DNA of 64,000 bases from Octopus sinensis (taxonomy: Eukaryota): assembly GCF_006345805.1 (NCBI RefSeq), contig NC_042998.1, forward strand, positions 193,998,001 through 194,062,000, in the 5' to 3' direction. The notes beneath the pieces were generated by a model that saw nothing but the letters and a program-made list of their open reading frames with translations, was not told the origin of the DNA and searched no databases. This document shows positions 37,481 through 50,269 of this stretch, piece after piece; the first letter of the stretch is position 1, and each line of letters starts with the position of its first letter. The translations under genes and the position numbers were made by a program.

Positions 37481-38088
37481 TTAGATGAGCTTTGTAATGA
37501 TTCACCTGATTAGGTTTGAAGTATTTCCTTTTGTTAATGAGAAACCAAGTCTTTACAATGCAACTCTACCATACTATGCACTTTTATGCAAGTAGAATAA
37601 TAAAATGGTAAGGGATTTCACTCTGCTATAATGAGGTTTTTGATTTGATCCATTTGTATATCTTCATTTTTTACCAAGTCTGCTGATTCAGCCAAACATT
37701 ATGAGTGAAACTGAGGAGACAAAAGCTGTTTGGATGCCTGTGTGATGGATTATACTTGTAATTTAAAATGTCCAGCCTTATCACAATGACACTGAGAACT
37801 GTATTTGGGGTTCAGGTGCCTCTACCCTTAACATACATGATATTTCAAAAATTGCATACTCATTGCTGAAACTGCCAAAGGTCCATTTTACTTTACACTT
37901 TACATAAGACATTTGTAGCAATTCCAAGAGTTTTTTGAATCAGCAATTTTATTAACTTTTTAGAATGCTGCTTCATGTTTTAACATGTTACATTGCCTCT
38001 TCCCTCCCCACCCATTGAAATGATATTTGAAAACTGAAATTATGTATGTATGTTTGAGTGTGTGTTATATATAAGTGTTTTTAATTAA

Positions 38089-38480
38089 TCTCTCTATATA
38101 TAAAGCTGAAGTTGTCTGTGTATGGCAGGTTTGGTAGCCTTCAACTAACACTATCTCCTCCGAGACCCTGCGGCGCAAGTTGACCAAAATTGAAAGTATG
38201 ATAGAAGAAGGCTTACTCTTCATTCCGTAGAAGATAAAATTCAAATCGGACCAAGTTAACACCAAAAATTATTTACATCAAAAAGGTACTTTTTTCTATG
38301 AAAATCCCTATTTTTTACGATTTTTTGACTGCTGTGTCGCTATTTTTTGGTGTATTTCAACCAGAAAAAATGTTCACTTAAAGAGAATAACAAGCTACAT
38401 AATGCAACATTTTTACTTTTCAAAAATTCCAATTCTAAAGGGTCAAGACAAACCTGAGCAACGCCGGGCGATACTGCTAG
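38089..38480 (+). mobile_element. Non-autonomous Helitron-like element
   Basis: A|TCtctctatatataaag ... gagcaacgccgggcgatactgCTAG|T. Confidence 0.8.
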
Positions 38481-38529
38481 TTTTTTATAAAACCAAAACA
38501 TTGCATTTTATAAGAAATAATACAAGTCA

Positions 38530-39310
38530 ATGATTTGTACATTTATCTTGTAGTTCAATATTTCCTGGTTAGGATTCCTTCTTCAGGAAATCTTTGGAGA
38601 AATGATGTTGTGGGAGGAATTCTCTGTTCTGTAGTGTGTATGTGTATGAAGGATTGTTTTGCGTTGCTATAGTTGCCACTCAGCTGTGTGCAGTTTGGTT
38701 CTGTTATTAACATATAGGTTGGTTTTGCTAATTAAGATAGCTTCTTTTATTCTCAAGTTCCCACTGTTTCATTCTGTAGCTTCAATGGTAACCTGGATTT
38801 TTTGAGTGTGTTTCTTGACAGAAGCATTAGCATAGAGGTTTTCTTTAATCCATATGTCTAATGGCACTTCCAATGTAGAAGTCATTACATTTGCTACATG
38901 TGATTCTATACACCATGCAGGACTGCAGGCATATATTTTCATTATTGATTGGAATGAGAAATGTACATATGTCATTGTTTTGTCTTGGCCTATTTTTAGT
39001 TAAGACCCTCCTGGGGGAGAGTTCAGAGTGAACTAGTCATATATTCAATCCCTCTACTGATTGCAACACTTGCTTTTTCGCTAAAATGTAGCAGTTTCAA
39101 AAGTCATGTGATCTTCGGACGTGTGGGTTTTGTGAAAGAATATGGAAAGCCATCCTCCCTCAGGAGTTTTTGGAAATGTGTGGTGTTGGTCAGTCTGTCT
39201 CCTGCTTTGTTGCATTTACTGCTTATCCTAACATGTAGATCATTTTAGCTCTGATGGGCAAGGATAAATTACAATGCACAAATAGGCCCTTAGGTCACTT
39301 TGTAATCCCT
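38530..39310 (-). mobile_element. Decayed Penelope-like element (RT C-terminus plus GIY-YIG)
   Basis: RISSKCNKAGDRLTNTTHFQKLLREDGFP; CMVYRITCSKCNDFYIGS; NLRIKEAI; CTGAAGA..GAAATAT motif at 38554-38590. Confidence 0.75.
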
Positions 39311-39388
39311 GTTGATTGAAAATTGCACACACACGTTTTTGGTTCTATTTATACTGTTTGTACCACCAAATACACACACATGCATGCT

Positions 39389-39422
<34 letters not shown>

Positions 39423-39779
39423 CAAGGGTTGTATCAAAAGTAATGAAAAAGTAGATTAAAAAAAAAAATTAACTGACGCAGGCATTTAAATTGCACATGT
39501 TGGTATAGTAACTCTTTCTCCATGAGAGGTACTACTCAAGTCTCCCTCACAAACATCTTTGATCCCAACTTTTGAATCCTTTTCGAAAAATTCAGATGTA
39601 CACTGTTGTACCTACTTCTTCCCTGTCACCTTCACTTCATGTGTGTCATCAGATCGTTGAAGATCGTCCTTTATTGAATAGAACACGTGGAAATTGAAGG
39701 ACATCAGATAGAAGACCACTGACCTGCTCAATTTGCAGATTGCCTGATTTGTTGTCAAAGATGCATGTGGTCTTGCAGT

Positions 39780-40860
39780 CTTGTAGTAAATGTAAACCTA
39801 TAAGCATTATAAACTTTTCAACACCTACAAACGTCAAGGTTAGTTACTTCTGCTTAGAAACATCACTTCTAACATCATACACTACAATAAACACAAACAC
39901 ACAACTACACAGCATCTAATACAAACTTCAACCTGCATCTTTCGAAATTTTGCCAACCGTCCAGTGGGAAGCTCCTGCCTCTCAAGAGCTGTGGTCTCTG
40001 GAGTCACCCTCACACAAACAATACATGGGCACGGCATTCATTACCTTCAAGGGAAGGTATACATATCATCTGCACTCTTTTGAATGCAAGGATAGGATGA
40101 AGTCCACCTCCCTGTCCTATTTTATCCGAAAACTCCATGACCACCGGAACAACTCCCCCAACATCGGATGGAGTATCATTCACAGGACCACTCCATACTC
40201 ATGTCGAATTTGTTCTTGCCAGCTCTGCCCCCTTGAGAGATTATACATACTCCACCAACCTGCAGTATTCATCAACGTGAAGAAGGGACTATCTTGTTGT
40301 CATGAAAGATAATGAACTTCAAACCACAGGCCCCTGACAATCCAGATATACCACCTTAGGCTTGCCTGCTCCATACTGAAGAGGAAGCACATCACTTAAC
40401 TTCTGCCGTCTGTATAGACTACAGCCATACTAACAGAACAACTTAGCAACACCATATCTGGTTACTCCCAAGGAGAGGCTGTTGCCACCATAGTGTTAGT
40501 AGTCCTCCACTAACCTACAACAACTTCCTGTCCTGCCACGCGTAGCAGCAAATACAACGAATTTGCTAAATAAACAATTTGCTAAATAATTTGCTAAATA
40601 AACAAATAAATACTTCAGCTTCCAGGCTTGGTGATGACAGCTACCTACCAACACCCTGTTCAACCACATTGACGTAAGAACAAAGATAAGAACTGATGTC
40701 GCTTTGAAACCAATAACATCACTTGATCTGAGTTGATTATTAGAAGTCCAACATGAATAAACTACCTTGAATTTGTCTCATTTTCTGTTACTTTACCTCT
40801 AACTGCCTGACGAGCCAGGTTTGTTCTATAAGTCTACGAAACTTTAAGGTGTACGGAGTC
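39780..40860 (+). mobile_element. Decayed Penelope-like element (GIY-YIG) of another family
   Basis: VKVSYFCL; YMGTAFITFKGRYTYHLHSF..STSLSYFIRKL..WSIIHRTTPY..CQLCPLERLYIL; CTGACGA..CGAAAC at 40807-40842. Confidence 0.75.
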
Positions 40861-42069
40861 AAGTCAAACTGTTATTAAATAATACAGAGAGTGAAATACC
40901 TCAGGAGAGCACTCTACTAAATGCAACTATAGTTAGGCCTAGCATATGTAATAGAGTGAGTTGAAAATCTTCGATTAACTGGGATGGAAACTCTACTCTC
41001 GCATAGGGGTGTTTAAACTCTAGAAATAAGCAAGAAAGATAACTCCAATAAAATTGATTGAAATCTTTGGAAAATATAGAAAATGCAGAATAGGAGTGGA
41101 TTTAGTCTTTTAGTTTTTAACTGGTTCTAAGGAGTTATCTCCCTCGTCTGTTGTTTTTAGATTTTAAACCTTGAAGATTTTTTATTTGCTACTTGTATGG
41201 ATAATCTCAGTTAATCGAAGTTTTTCATCTCACTATATTATATATGTGAGACTAACTCGAATGTGTATTTGGTATGCGTACCACTCTGCTGAAGTATTTT
41301 GTTTCGGTCATATCGTTGACATTCATAATCAGCACCATTATACTCCATCATACACAACACGCACGCACGAACACACACACACACGACCACGTATGCATGC
41401 ACACACACACATACACATCGTTTTATGCTACCTCAGTATAAAACCTTGTTATAACGAAGTCTAGTGTCACAATTCAACATCCAAAGTCCCCATGAGGAGT
41501 TGTTCCATAGCTTTATAAAAGCATAGAAAAGTAAGTAATCAGTTCGTCACATATGGCTTTCTTTTGCTTTCGGGAGTTTTTGCTCGTGCTACATCGTATC
41601 ACTTGTTAGAGCCTACTTTTGATAATAAATTACAAAAATTAATTCTGCAATCCTGTTAGCTTATCATGTCACATACGCATAAAGCAATATCATTAGATAA
41701 TATAAGCATAAAACAATATTATGAGATAACAAAAGAATTTAAACAGAGAATAAGATGTGGGGTCATTAGGGCTTCCATTGTCAACTTTAAAAGCTATACG
41801 TAATAAATTAATCTGACAAAATAAAGTTATGATGCAAATTACGAGCAAAACGCTTGTAACTAGCACGGATACGTAGTATAATCATGAAAAATATAGAAAA
41901 CATGTTAATTGTTCGGGTAGATGATATGTCATAGCATCATCGCTCGCCACTCTCCAAGGCCATTATACAGCAAAAGGCAATGAAACAAAAAGAAACTGAA
42001 GATGTCACATTTATTGCTTTTTGTACACCAGTCTAATTTCCGTAGCGTTTGGAAACCAAGAGAATTAGT

Positions 42070-43075
42070 TTAGTGCTGACAGCCAGAACGAGAGAATGAA
42101 TACAAACTTCCTCTGTGTATTGCTTTTACGAAAAGGCCTTCGATAATGTCAAGATGAACGCAGTGTTGAAGTCTCTAGAAATGCAAAGTGTCGAGGCACA
42201 ATACACCAAACTGCTCAGAAATGTGAATTCTGGATGCACAACAGATATCGCTCTGCTATCACCACCAGTTCTAACTATAAAGGGTGTCATGTAAGGAGTT
42301 CACATCTCTCCAAAGCTTTTACCGCATGTCTAGAAATGGTCATCAAATATATTGGCTGGACGGGTGGTGTGAACATCAATGGCAAGCAACTAACACATCT
42401 CTGATTTGCAGATGACATTGTACTCATCGATGAAACTACAGATCGGCTGCAGACCATATTGACAGAGCTGAGCACTTAGAGCTAAGTAGCTTGGAAACAA
42501 AATGTATGCGGTTGGAAGATGCAAGGCCGAACAGAGGTGGGAAGCGATTAAATCGAGGTGTACTTAGGGCACACAGTGAATATGAGTTGAGATATGGATG
42601 CTGAAATCTCAAAGAGAATAAGAGTAGGATGGAAGGCATTTAACTTAACAAATGATGTACTCCAAACAAAACTAAACAATGGTATACGCGCCAGACTTTT
42701 CAATAACATCGTCTTACCTGCGCTTTTATATGCAAGTGAAACGTGGGCTACTACGAAGAGGATAGAATATCGATTGGCTATGACGTAAAGGATCATGGAA
42801 AGATCCTTGCTCGGAATATCATTAAGGGAACATATTCAGAGTGGAGTGAACGATTTGATTGCAGAGTACCGAAATCACAAATCCTGCTGGGCCGGACATG
42901 TTGCAAGGTTCATAGACAACAGCTGGATCCGTGCAGTTACCAAGTGGTATCCAAGAGATCAGCAAAGACCACTTGGAATGCCCACCACAACGACGGGAAG
43001 CCAATTTCGGTCAAGATGGAAAAGAATGGTGCAATGGAGACAAGATTGGTAGCTCATTGTAAACAGTGATGTATA
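42070..43075 (+). mobile_element. Decayed RTE-clade LINE (RT to C-terminus)
   Basis: YEKAFDNV; FADDIVLI; RIRVGWKAF; IVLPALLYASETW; WAGHVAR. Confidence 0.9.
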
Positions 43076-43112
43076 ACAGCGTCTGATGGCCTGGTCGATA
43101 TTGTGGCATATA

Positions 43113-43979
43113 CAGGGTGTTCCAGAAGTCTTAGGCACATTTCAAGTCCTCATATCTGCTGGACTATGATTGGTAGTAAGATGAAACTGGTACCATTTTA
43201 AAGCTAGATTCATTAAGTTTTTTGTAATGCTAATGATTTTTTCAGATCCAGTAATGGCGTTCGCTCAACTAGAAAAGGCATTTTGCGTCCTTGAATTTGC
43301 AAAAAGTGAATCATGGACACTTGTTCAACGTGCATTTCGCACAAAATTCCAAAAAAGAGGCACCAAAAAGGATGGCATGGTAAATTCATGAAGGATGGGT
43401 ATTTGTACCCAACTAAGAGAACGGGACGTCCTCAACTTCAGAGGATACGGTTGAGCGAGTTCGAACTACCTTCGAGCGAAGCCCCATAAATCGATCAGAA
43501 GAGCCAGTATGGACTTCATTTTCCAACAGGATGGGGCGTCACCGGAGACTCAGGGTTAGACAGTATTTGAACACAACACTGCCAGACAGATGGAATGGCC
43601 GGTCTGGGCGGGATGATCGCGTTCTCATGCCCTGGCCCCCCAGGTCTCCACACCCTGCGATTTCTTTTTGTGGGAGTCTGTGAAAGGACTGGTCTATGTG
43701 CCTCCCCTTCCAAAAGACGCGGATGAACTGAAGTCCCAAATAACGAAAGCTGTTGCAACCATCGACAACGCAATGCTGGAACGCGTTTGGCAAGAATTGG
43801 ATTATCGTCTTGATGTGTGCCGTGTGACCAACGGTGCTCACATTGAACATCTTTGAACATTCCATAAAAAAAAACTTGAAATTGTAGGCTTTCAGAATAA
43901 ATCAGATGCATTTTTATGTCCTTACTAGTTTTCGAGATGTTCAATGTCAAAATGTACCCAAGACTTCTGGAACACCCTG
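43113..43979 (+). mobile_element. Internally deleted Tc1/mariner (maT/DD37D-like) transposon
   Basis: TIRs cagggtgttccagaagtctt / aagacttctggaacaccctg, TA TSD; EKAFCVLEFAK, FQQDGA, WPPRSP, GAHIEHL*. Confidence 0.85.
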
Positions 43980-44003
43980 TATATGTGTATGCGTTAAAAT
44001 GGT

Positions 44004-44345
44004 ACATCATCATCATCATCATCGTTTAACGTCCGCTTTCCATGCTAGCATGGGTTGGACGGTTTGACTGAGGGCTAGCAAACCAGATGGCTGCACCAGG
44101 CTTCAATCTTGATCTGGCAGAGTTTCTACAGCTGGATGCCCTTCCTAACGGGATGCCCTTCCTAACGAGGATGCTCTTCCTAACGAAAGCGCGGACATGG
44201 CTGTGTGGTTAGGGAGCTTGCTTCCTAGCTACATGGTTTCGGGTTCAGTCCCACTGCGTGGCACTTTGGGCAGGTGTCTTCTACTATAGCCCCGAGCCAA
44301 CCGAAGCTTTGTGATTGATCGGTAGGCGGAAGCCACAGCCGTGTG
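44004..44345. mobile_element. Family D fragment (-) abutting a SINE A-like head and body (+)
   Basis: (cat)n cgtttaacgtcc..; then ggacatggctgtgtgg..ggttcagtccc. Confidence 0.75.
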
Positions 44346-45182
44346 TGTATATGTGCGTATAGCTGCTTGTGCCTCATATAAAGAGAGAGAGGGTACAATA
44401 TAACGGTTATTCTGTTCAATTGTCCAGACGTACCAGATACTGTCTGCTCTTTACATCGTACGCTGTGCTCGTGAATGTACGTAAACCATAGCCGTTTGAA
44501 TTACATTATACGCATACACATACATTCGGGCGCACATGCGCATATGTGGTGACAGGTCTCTGCTTAAATTCGAAACCAGGTCTCTTTAATCACAACAAGG
44601 AAAGTCGTTGATTAAGAACGAACTAACCTTGATATAAGCTCCTTCATAAAGTCAGAAAATACAGTGCAGAAAATACAGACGCGGCCAACCGGTTGTCAGT
44701 CTTTAATCGACTCTCAGCTGATTGCTTTCACAGCTAGATTCATCAGAATTGAATTTCTGGAACATTAGCTATCTTGGCCAGATTACTAGCATCAAACTAA
44801 AAAATTAGGGCGATGACATTCGTATTTCACTCACATTGGTCTCTCCTATTATCTCCGTTATTCCGATTTGATCGTCTAGCTTTGAAAATGTTAGCACAGG
44901 CACTCTCTGTCTCTCACTTGCTTAATCTCTCGATAAGGCAGTTTAAGATATTAGAGACATACTCACATTACGAATTGAATTTAACTCGTTCTCTGTCAAA
45001 ACGTCACTTTGCGAAGAGAAAACTTTCTTTTCTTTTTCTGTTGTCTTCAAACGGGACAACTTTTTTCGTTGCACTTATTAAAATTACACACACTCACACA
45101 CGCACGTACGCACACACACACACACACACACACATACATACATACATACATACATACATACATACATACATACATACATACA

Positions 45183-45213
<31 letters not shown>

Positions 45214-45427
45214 TTGGTTCAATATTCCTTTTGCAAGACAAATAAAAATTAATTTGGTTAAATCTTTTTGCAGATCTATATCTAAATATTTTAATAAGGA
45301 AAATAAGTATAATAAAATAATTAATGATAAAATGGTTAGAATTGGGTTTTCAGTATCTAAAAACTTATTTAGAATCATCTCTTCAATTAATAATAATAAA
45401 TTAGATATTTTTTAATAAAAATAATAA

Positions 45428-45678
45428 ATGCGCCCTTTTTTAAAGCCTAGCCAGGCTCATGGGCCCGATTTCCCGGTTTCAATGGCATGTGTGTTCCCCA
45501 GCTGGACGTCCTGTCCAGTCCATCGCAGCGTTACTCATTTTTGCCAGCTGAGTGGACTGGAGCAACGTGAAATGAAGTGTTTTGCTCAAGAACTCAACGC
45601 GTCGCCCGGTCTAGAAATCGAAACCACAATCTTATGCTCATGATGCTGACACCCTAACCACTAAGCTACGCGCCTCCA
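45428..45678 (-). mobile_element. tRNA-derived SINE family E
   Basis: Head ggaggcgcgtagcttagtggttagg..gtttcgatttc; central cttgagcaaaacacttcatttcac; tail shared with 7695-8014. Confidence 0.85.
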
Positions 45679-46864
45679 TTTGATTCTATAGTAATATGAA
45701 TAATATTGATACTTTTATTACTAACACTAATAATGGACCTAATCGAAATCGTGTAGCTAGATTGTAGGTTTAAGTATAAATGTTATTTCAATAAGTTTTG
45801 TATCCAAAATAACCTTATATACAGATGTATGGTAGAATCTGAAGGAATTTTTATATTGGATCAACTGAAAATGTTATTAAACGATGTATTGCAAACCATG
45901 AATATACTTTTAGAAACAGAAATAAGTTGTGTAGCACCACTTGAGGCAAATTTATATGGAAGTTAAAGGATAATAATAAATTATATAAATTTAATTGGCA
46001 AATACGTAGTCATGCTAGTTAATCATTGTTATACAGGTAACTCCTTTCCAATATTCAGATGGCCTGTACCATTCCTCTCTGTACACGCACGTGTGCGAGT
46101 GCACAACATGTAACACTTAGACATCAACTGCATCTTAGAGAATGAACTACTTATAGACGCCATCCACATGAATAGCATCAAAATAATAATAGTTACGTTA
46201 GTGTCAGCAAATTTACTACAGTAAGCATGAAAAAAAAAAAAGCGCAATAACTAGAAAATGTTTCACGGTGAGTGGAAATAAAGGAACTTTAGAGACCTGC
46301 AAAATATTTGCCAACTAATATTGCTTTTTACTTTTCTCCGCATTTTGATTCTCCCTACATTAATTCTGTTAACATCACAATGTAATTATTATAACATATA
46401 TATGTTATATATCATTGTATAAAATTGCTCAATACACCCTTCAAAAAGCTTTTGGTAAATTTTCCCGTTACTAAATATATTTTCACCGAGTGACCTATTT
46501 AGTTCTCAAGTACAACACTAGAAATCAGTTGTTTTGTTGTCTTATCCGTAAAATGCCTTCCTCTCTTCGTTTATAGATACTAGTGAATATATTTTTCTAA
46601 GTATTTTTTGTTTGTTCATATCTTCTTGGTGTTGTGTGTACTGTACGTTAGTTTGATTTAGACTTTGCCCTTAGAATAATATGGATAAGACTAGATGCTA
46701 CTTTAATAAAATTGCTTTAGTTCTCCAACGTGTGAACTAACAATGTACCCGTTCATATAAACATCAGTCATTTTGCGGAGAAGGTTATTGAAGATTATCA
46801 GTATATTACTGTTTTATCCTTATCCTCCTCTTAGATTTGTGGCCTTATACATATACGACCAGAA

Positions 46865-47222
46865 AAAAAAAATAATAATGAAATTATTGTATACAGTGCT
46901 CAGGTGCACCACAACTTGTCAAAAGTGCGTATAAAGCATATGCAGTAATGTACAAATATCTGGAAAGCGAACAATGTATGAGTCAGATACATGCTTGTGT
47001 GTGTATGGAGGGGAGAAAATCAGGTGTAGTGTTGGCGAATCTCAGGAAGCATGGAAGTTTTGAAGGATGCAGTGCTCCGACAACTAACAACTGATGCCGG
47101 CAGTCTGTTCCATGCTTCAGCAACTCTCAGCGTGAAAAAATGTTTCCGAAAGTCATGGGAGCTGTGCTGTTTTCTGACTTTGTAAATATGTCCACGGGTG
47201 TTAGACGGGTGGAGTTTGAAAA
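46865..47222 (-). mobile_element. CR1 LINE 3' end
   Basis: SNTRGHIYKVRKQH..RKHFFTLRVAEAWNRLPASVV..SFK. Confidence 0.85.
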
Positions 47223-47751
47223 AATACAGAAAACAGCCACAAGTAGAGCCGGTGCCAAGATATTCAACACCTTAACCCAGTTTTACAATGTGCTGCTCTT
47301 CAGCCAGTCCTAAATTATATGTCCCTTTCTCCCAGCCACCTAGTATGTGCCTCTTCCCCTAGCCCTACATCATATGCCTCTTCTCCTAGTTCTACCATGT
47401 GGTCTCGCTTCTCTCAGCCTTACAATGTTCTCCCCCTTCTTGCAGCCCTACGTTATGTTCCTCCATTAGCAATTTTTCTATGAATTCCTCCAGTCATCAA
47501 TCACCTTCCACCAGCTGAATAATGCAGTTGAAAAAATTATAAGTAACTTGTGCATAAAATGTCTATAACATAAGGATCATACATATCACCGAATAAATCA
47601 GTTTCACGCCAAATCATAAGACCACACAATTCACTCATCTTGTCTGCTCTACAATAACCCTGTCCTACATTCCCCTCTGTTCTAGGAGTGACCTCTCTTG
47701 CTTCCTCTATTACTGAGATTTCTTGTTTTCCATCGAATTAAAACATTTTAG

Positions 47752-48010
47752 AGCGGTTGTATACAGTCAACTTAACGTGACAGTCCCGTAAGGGAAATAC
47801 ACCACCGCTATTTAACCCTAGGAAGCATCGACGCTTCCTGTCGGCCATGACACATTTCCTGTGTCCTTATATATAAAATATAAAAAAATATATAAGGACA
47901 CAGGAAATGTGTCAAGGCCGACAGGAAGAGACGATGCTTCCTAGGGTTAAATAGCGGTGGTGTATTTCCCTTACGGGACTGTCACGTTAGGTTGACAGTA
48001 TACAACCGCT
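47752..48010. repeat. Palindromic element with ~123-bp arms (about 5 mismatches)
   Basis: agcggttgtatac..gtgtccttatatat and its reverse complement; one arm recurs at ~55617-55735. Confidence 0.9.
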
Positions 48011-49139
48011 GTATCGCTCCACCACCGCGCATATCTCTATGAGATATTTAGAAATTTAATATTTCTGATAAAACATTTTAAGTTGTTTAGAATTTGTGCA
48101 ACGCCCCAAGAACTAGCCCTTTGTTTTAACACCAATCCTGGTCACTGGAAAACTTCAATAAATGACAATGGTTTTTATTTTATACTTTTAAAACGTTTTT
48201 TTTTTCTTTTTCATGTGTAATTTCCATCATGTAAATTGTGTTGTCATTGAGTTCGAAGACATGGTGTTGATAAGCGACTTAAAATACTACTGTCAATGCG
48301 TTATTTTGCCAAGCCAAATTTGCTGGATTTCTTTTCTGTAATTTTATTTCCAGTCAGCGTTAGAAATCATTAATAACTGCATTCATATCAATAATAACAA
48401 TCGTTCATTTATTTGTCACAAGGGTGATGGACGAGGGGACATTACAAGCAAAAATTACAAAAATGTACGGTAGAGTATGCAGAATCAATTATGAAAAAAA
48501 TATTAATATAACAGGCATGAAAAACAATATATGAGACATTGCATTAGAAAACTGCCGCCCTGTGATAATTTGGGAATTCTACAGATCCCAGATTACCTTT
48601 TTGAAAGAAATTCAGCTGCTATTTCTTGCAAGTCATGTGACCACATATAAGCTCCTTCACCTGACTAAGTTACTCTCCAGCTCCAATTTGTAACTGATTG
48701 AACAAGCCTTTGATCAAAATACATTCAAGCTCTGAGTAGCTTTTTTTTTTTTAAATTGTTGAAACAAAAATACATTTTGCACTGTATCCTTTTTTCTAAA
48801 ACGGTAGTGTATGATTTCAGGGAGATTTAGATGTTATTTGTTGCAGGTTTGCATGCTGAATGCAGTAAGAAAGTAAGTGAACCTTTGCCTTGGATAAATT
48901 TGGTGAAAACAGGTTCCATTGAACTTGACATTAGAAAAATATTCCACTGTGTCTGATACGCGAGTATCTTAGTAAAACTGTCTTCTTATGAGCTCCATCT
49001 TTCTTTTGTCACTTGAATCTATAGCTTCCTGTCAAATCGTATCAACCTGGCTCGTGCTAATGGAACTCTCTGAGCCACGCCTTCAATGTTAGTGTGTCCC
49101 AGGATCTAGTTTGTCTCTCACTCTTTTTCTCCTATATAT

Positions 49140-49670
49140 CAATAATCTACCAAAATTCACCTCCAACAACGCTCCCTTCTATGTAGATGATACTACCATT
49201 TATTTCTTGTGAACTTTGCAATCAAGGGTCATCTGCAAATAATATAGGCATCTTAAACCAAACCTACATGACCTCTATGAACATAGGTCCTAAAACTTTT
49301 CCTTAATGAGGTCATGCCAATCTTGTTTCGTTCAGCAGCAAAAAGACGTAATCACTGCGCCTATCAAGAAAATATATTGCGCTCTCCTAAACAGGTATGG
49401 CCCTCGACTAGAAACTGCAAGGTTGCTACAAATGCCAGGGCCTCATCACTGAATATCTCTCCTAACAAATGCACAGTCTTAAAGCTGTATTTCAAAGATT
49501 AGCCGTCTTCATCAGAAGCAGAAAATATTTTAGCCTCCAACAACAAGTCAGTGTCAAGAACTTTCATAACAGTGAGACTCATGATGAAGTATTGCACCCA
49601 TATCTAGAATGGTACTGCTGCTACATATGCAAACCTTCTAGATCATGTCGAATTAATCAATTAAAATAGA
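49140..49670 (+). mobile_element. Possible ancient L2/CR1-group RT remnant
   Basis: YVDDTTI and VRLMMKYCTHI-like motifs with many lesions. Confidence 0.35.
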
Positions 49671-49689
49671 TAGGAAATTGTAGTTAAGA

Positions 49690-50012
49690 TACCCGTGCCG
49701 GTGACACGTAAAAAGCACCATCCAAACGTGGCAGTTGCCAGCGCCGCCTGACTGGCGTCCGTGTCGGTGACACGTAAAAGCACCAACCGATCGTGGACGT
49801 TAGCCAGCCTCCCTTGGCACCTGTGCCGGTGGCACGTAAAAAGCACCCACTACACTCACGGAGTGGTTGGCGTTAGGAAGGGTATCCAGCTGTAGAAACA
49901 CTGCCGGATCAGACTGGAGCTTGGTGCAGCCTCCTGGCTTCACAGACCCCGGTCGAAACGTCCAACCCATGCTAGCATGGAAAGCGGACGTTAAACGATG
50001 ATGATGATGATG
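49690..50012 (+). mobile_element. Family D repeat
   Basis: Tandem gtgccggtg(a/g)cacgtaaaa units, then the standard (gat)n tail. Confidence 0.85.
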
Positions 50013-50269
50013 AAAGAAAAGGTCATTCAACTGATTGGCGTAATATCATGTACCAACACAATCTAAAGTATTTCTCAAAGACGTACTTTCTACAGTGAAT
50101 TCAACTCATTGTTGTTTGTTCCCACGTCACCTCTACTCATGCACTGCTAACTCACTCATCTCTCGTCAACCGTAGTGTGTCCGCAGTCCACGAAATAGCC
50201 ACTACATCCAGTCCTTTTTCTTTCTTTTGGACATCAATACTTCTGGAATACCCCCACCTATTCATGTTT

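Noticed and set aside
39424-39640. mariner-like terminus agggttgtatcaaaagtaatg
   Set aside because: No partner TIR or transposase motif found.
44134-44185. Triplicated ggatgcccttcctaac
   Set aside because: Local slippage at a repeat junction.
46060-46225. Plus-strand exon-like segment (cag|atggcc...|gtaagc)
   Set aside because: No open frame across it and no recognisable homology.
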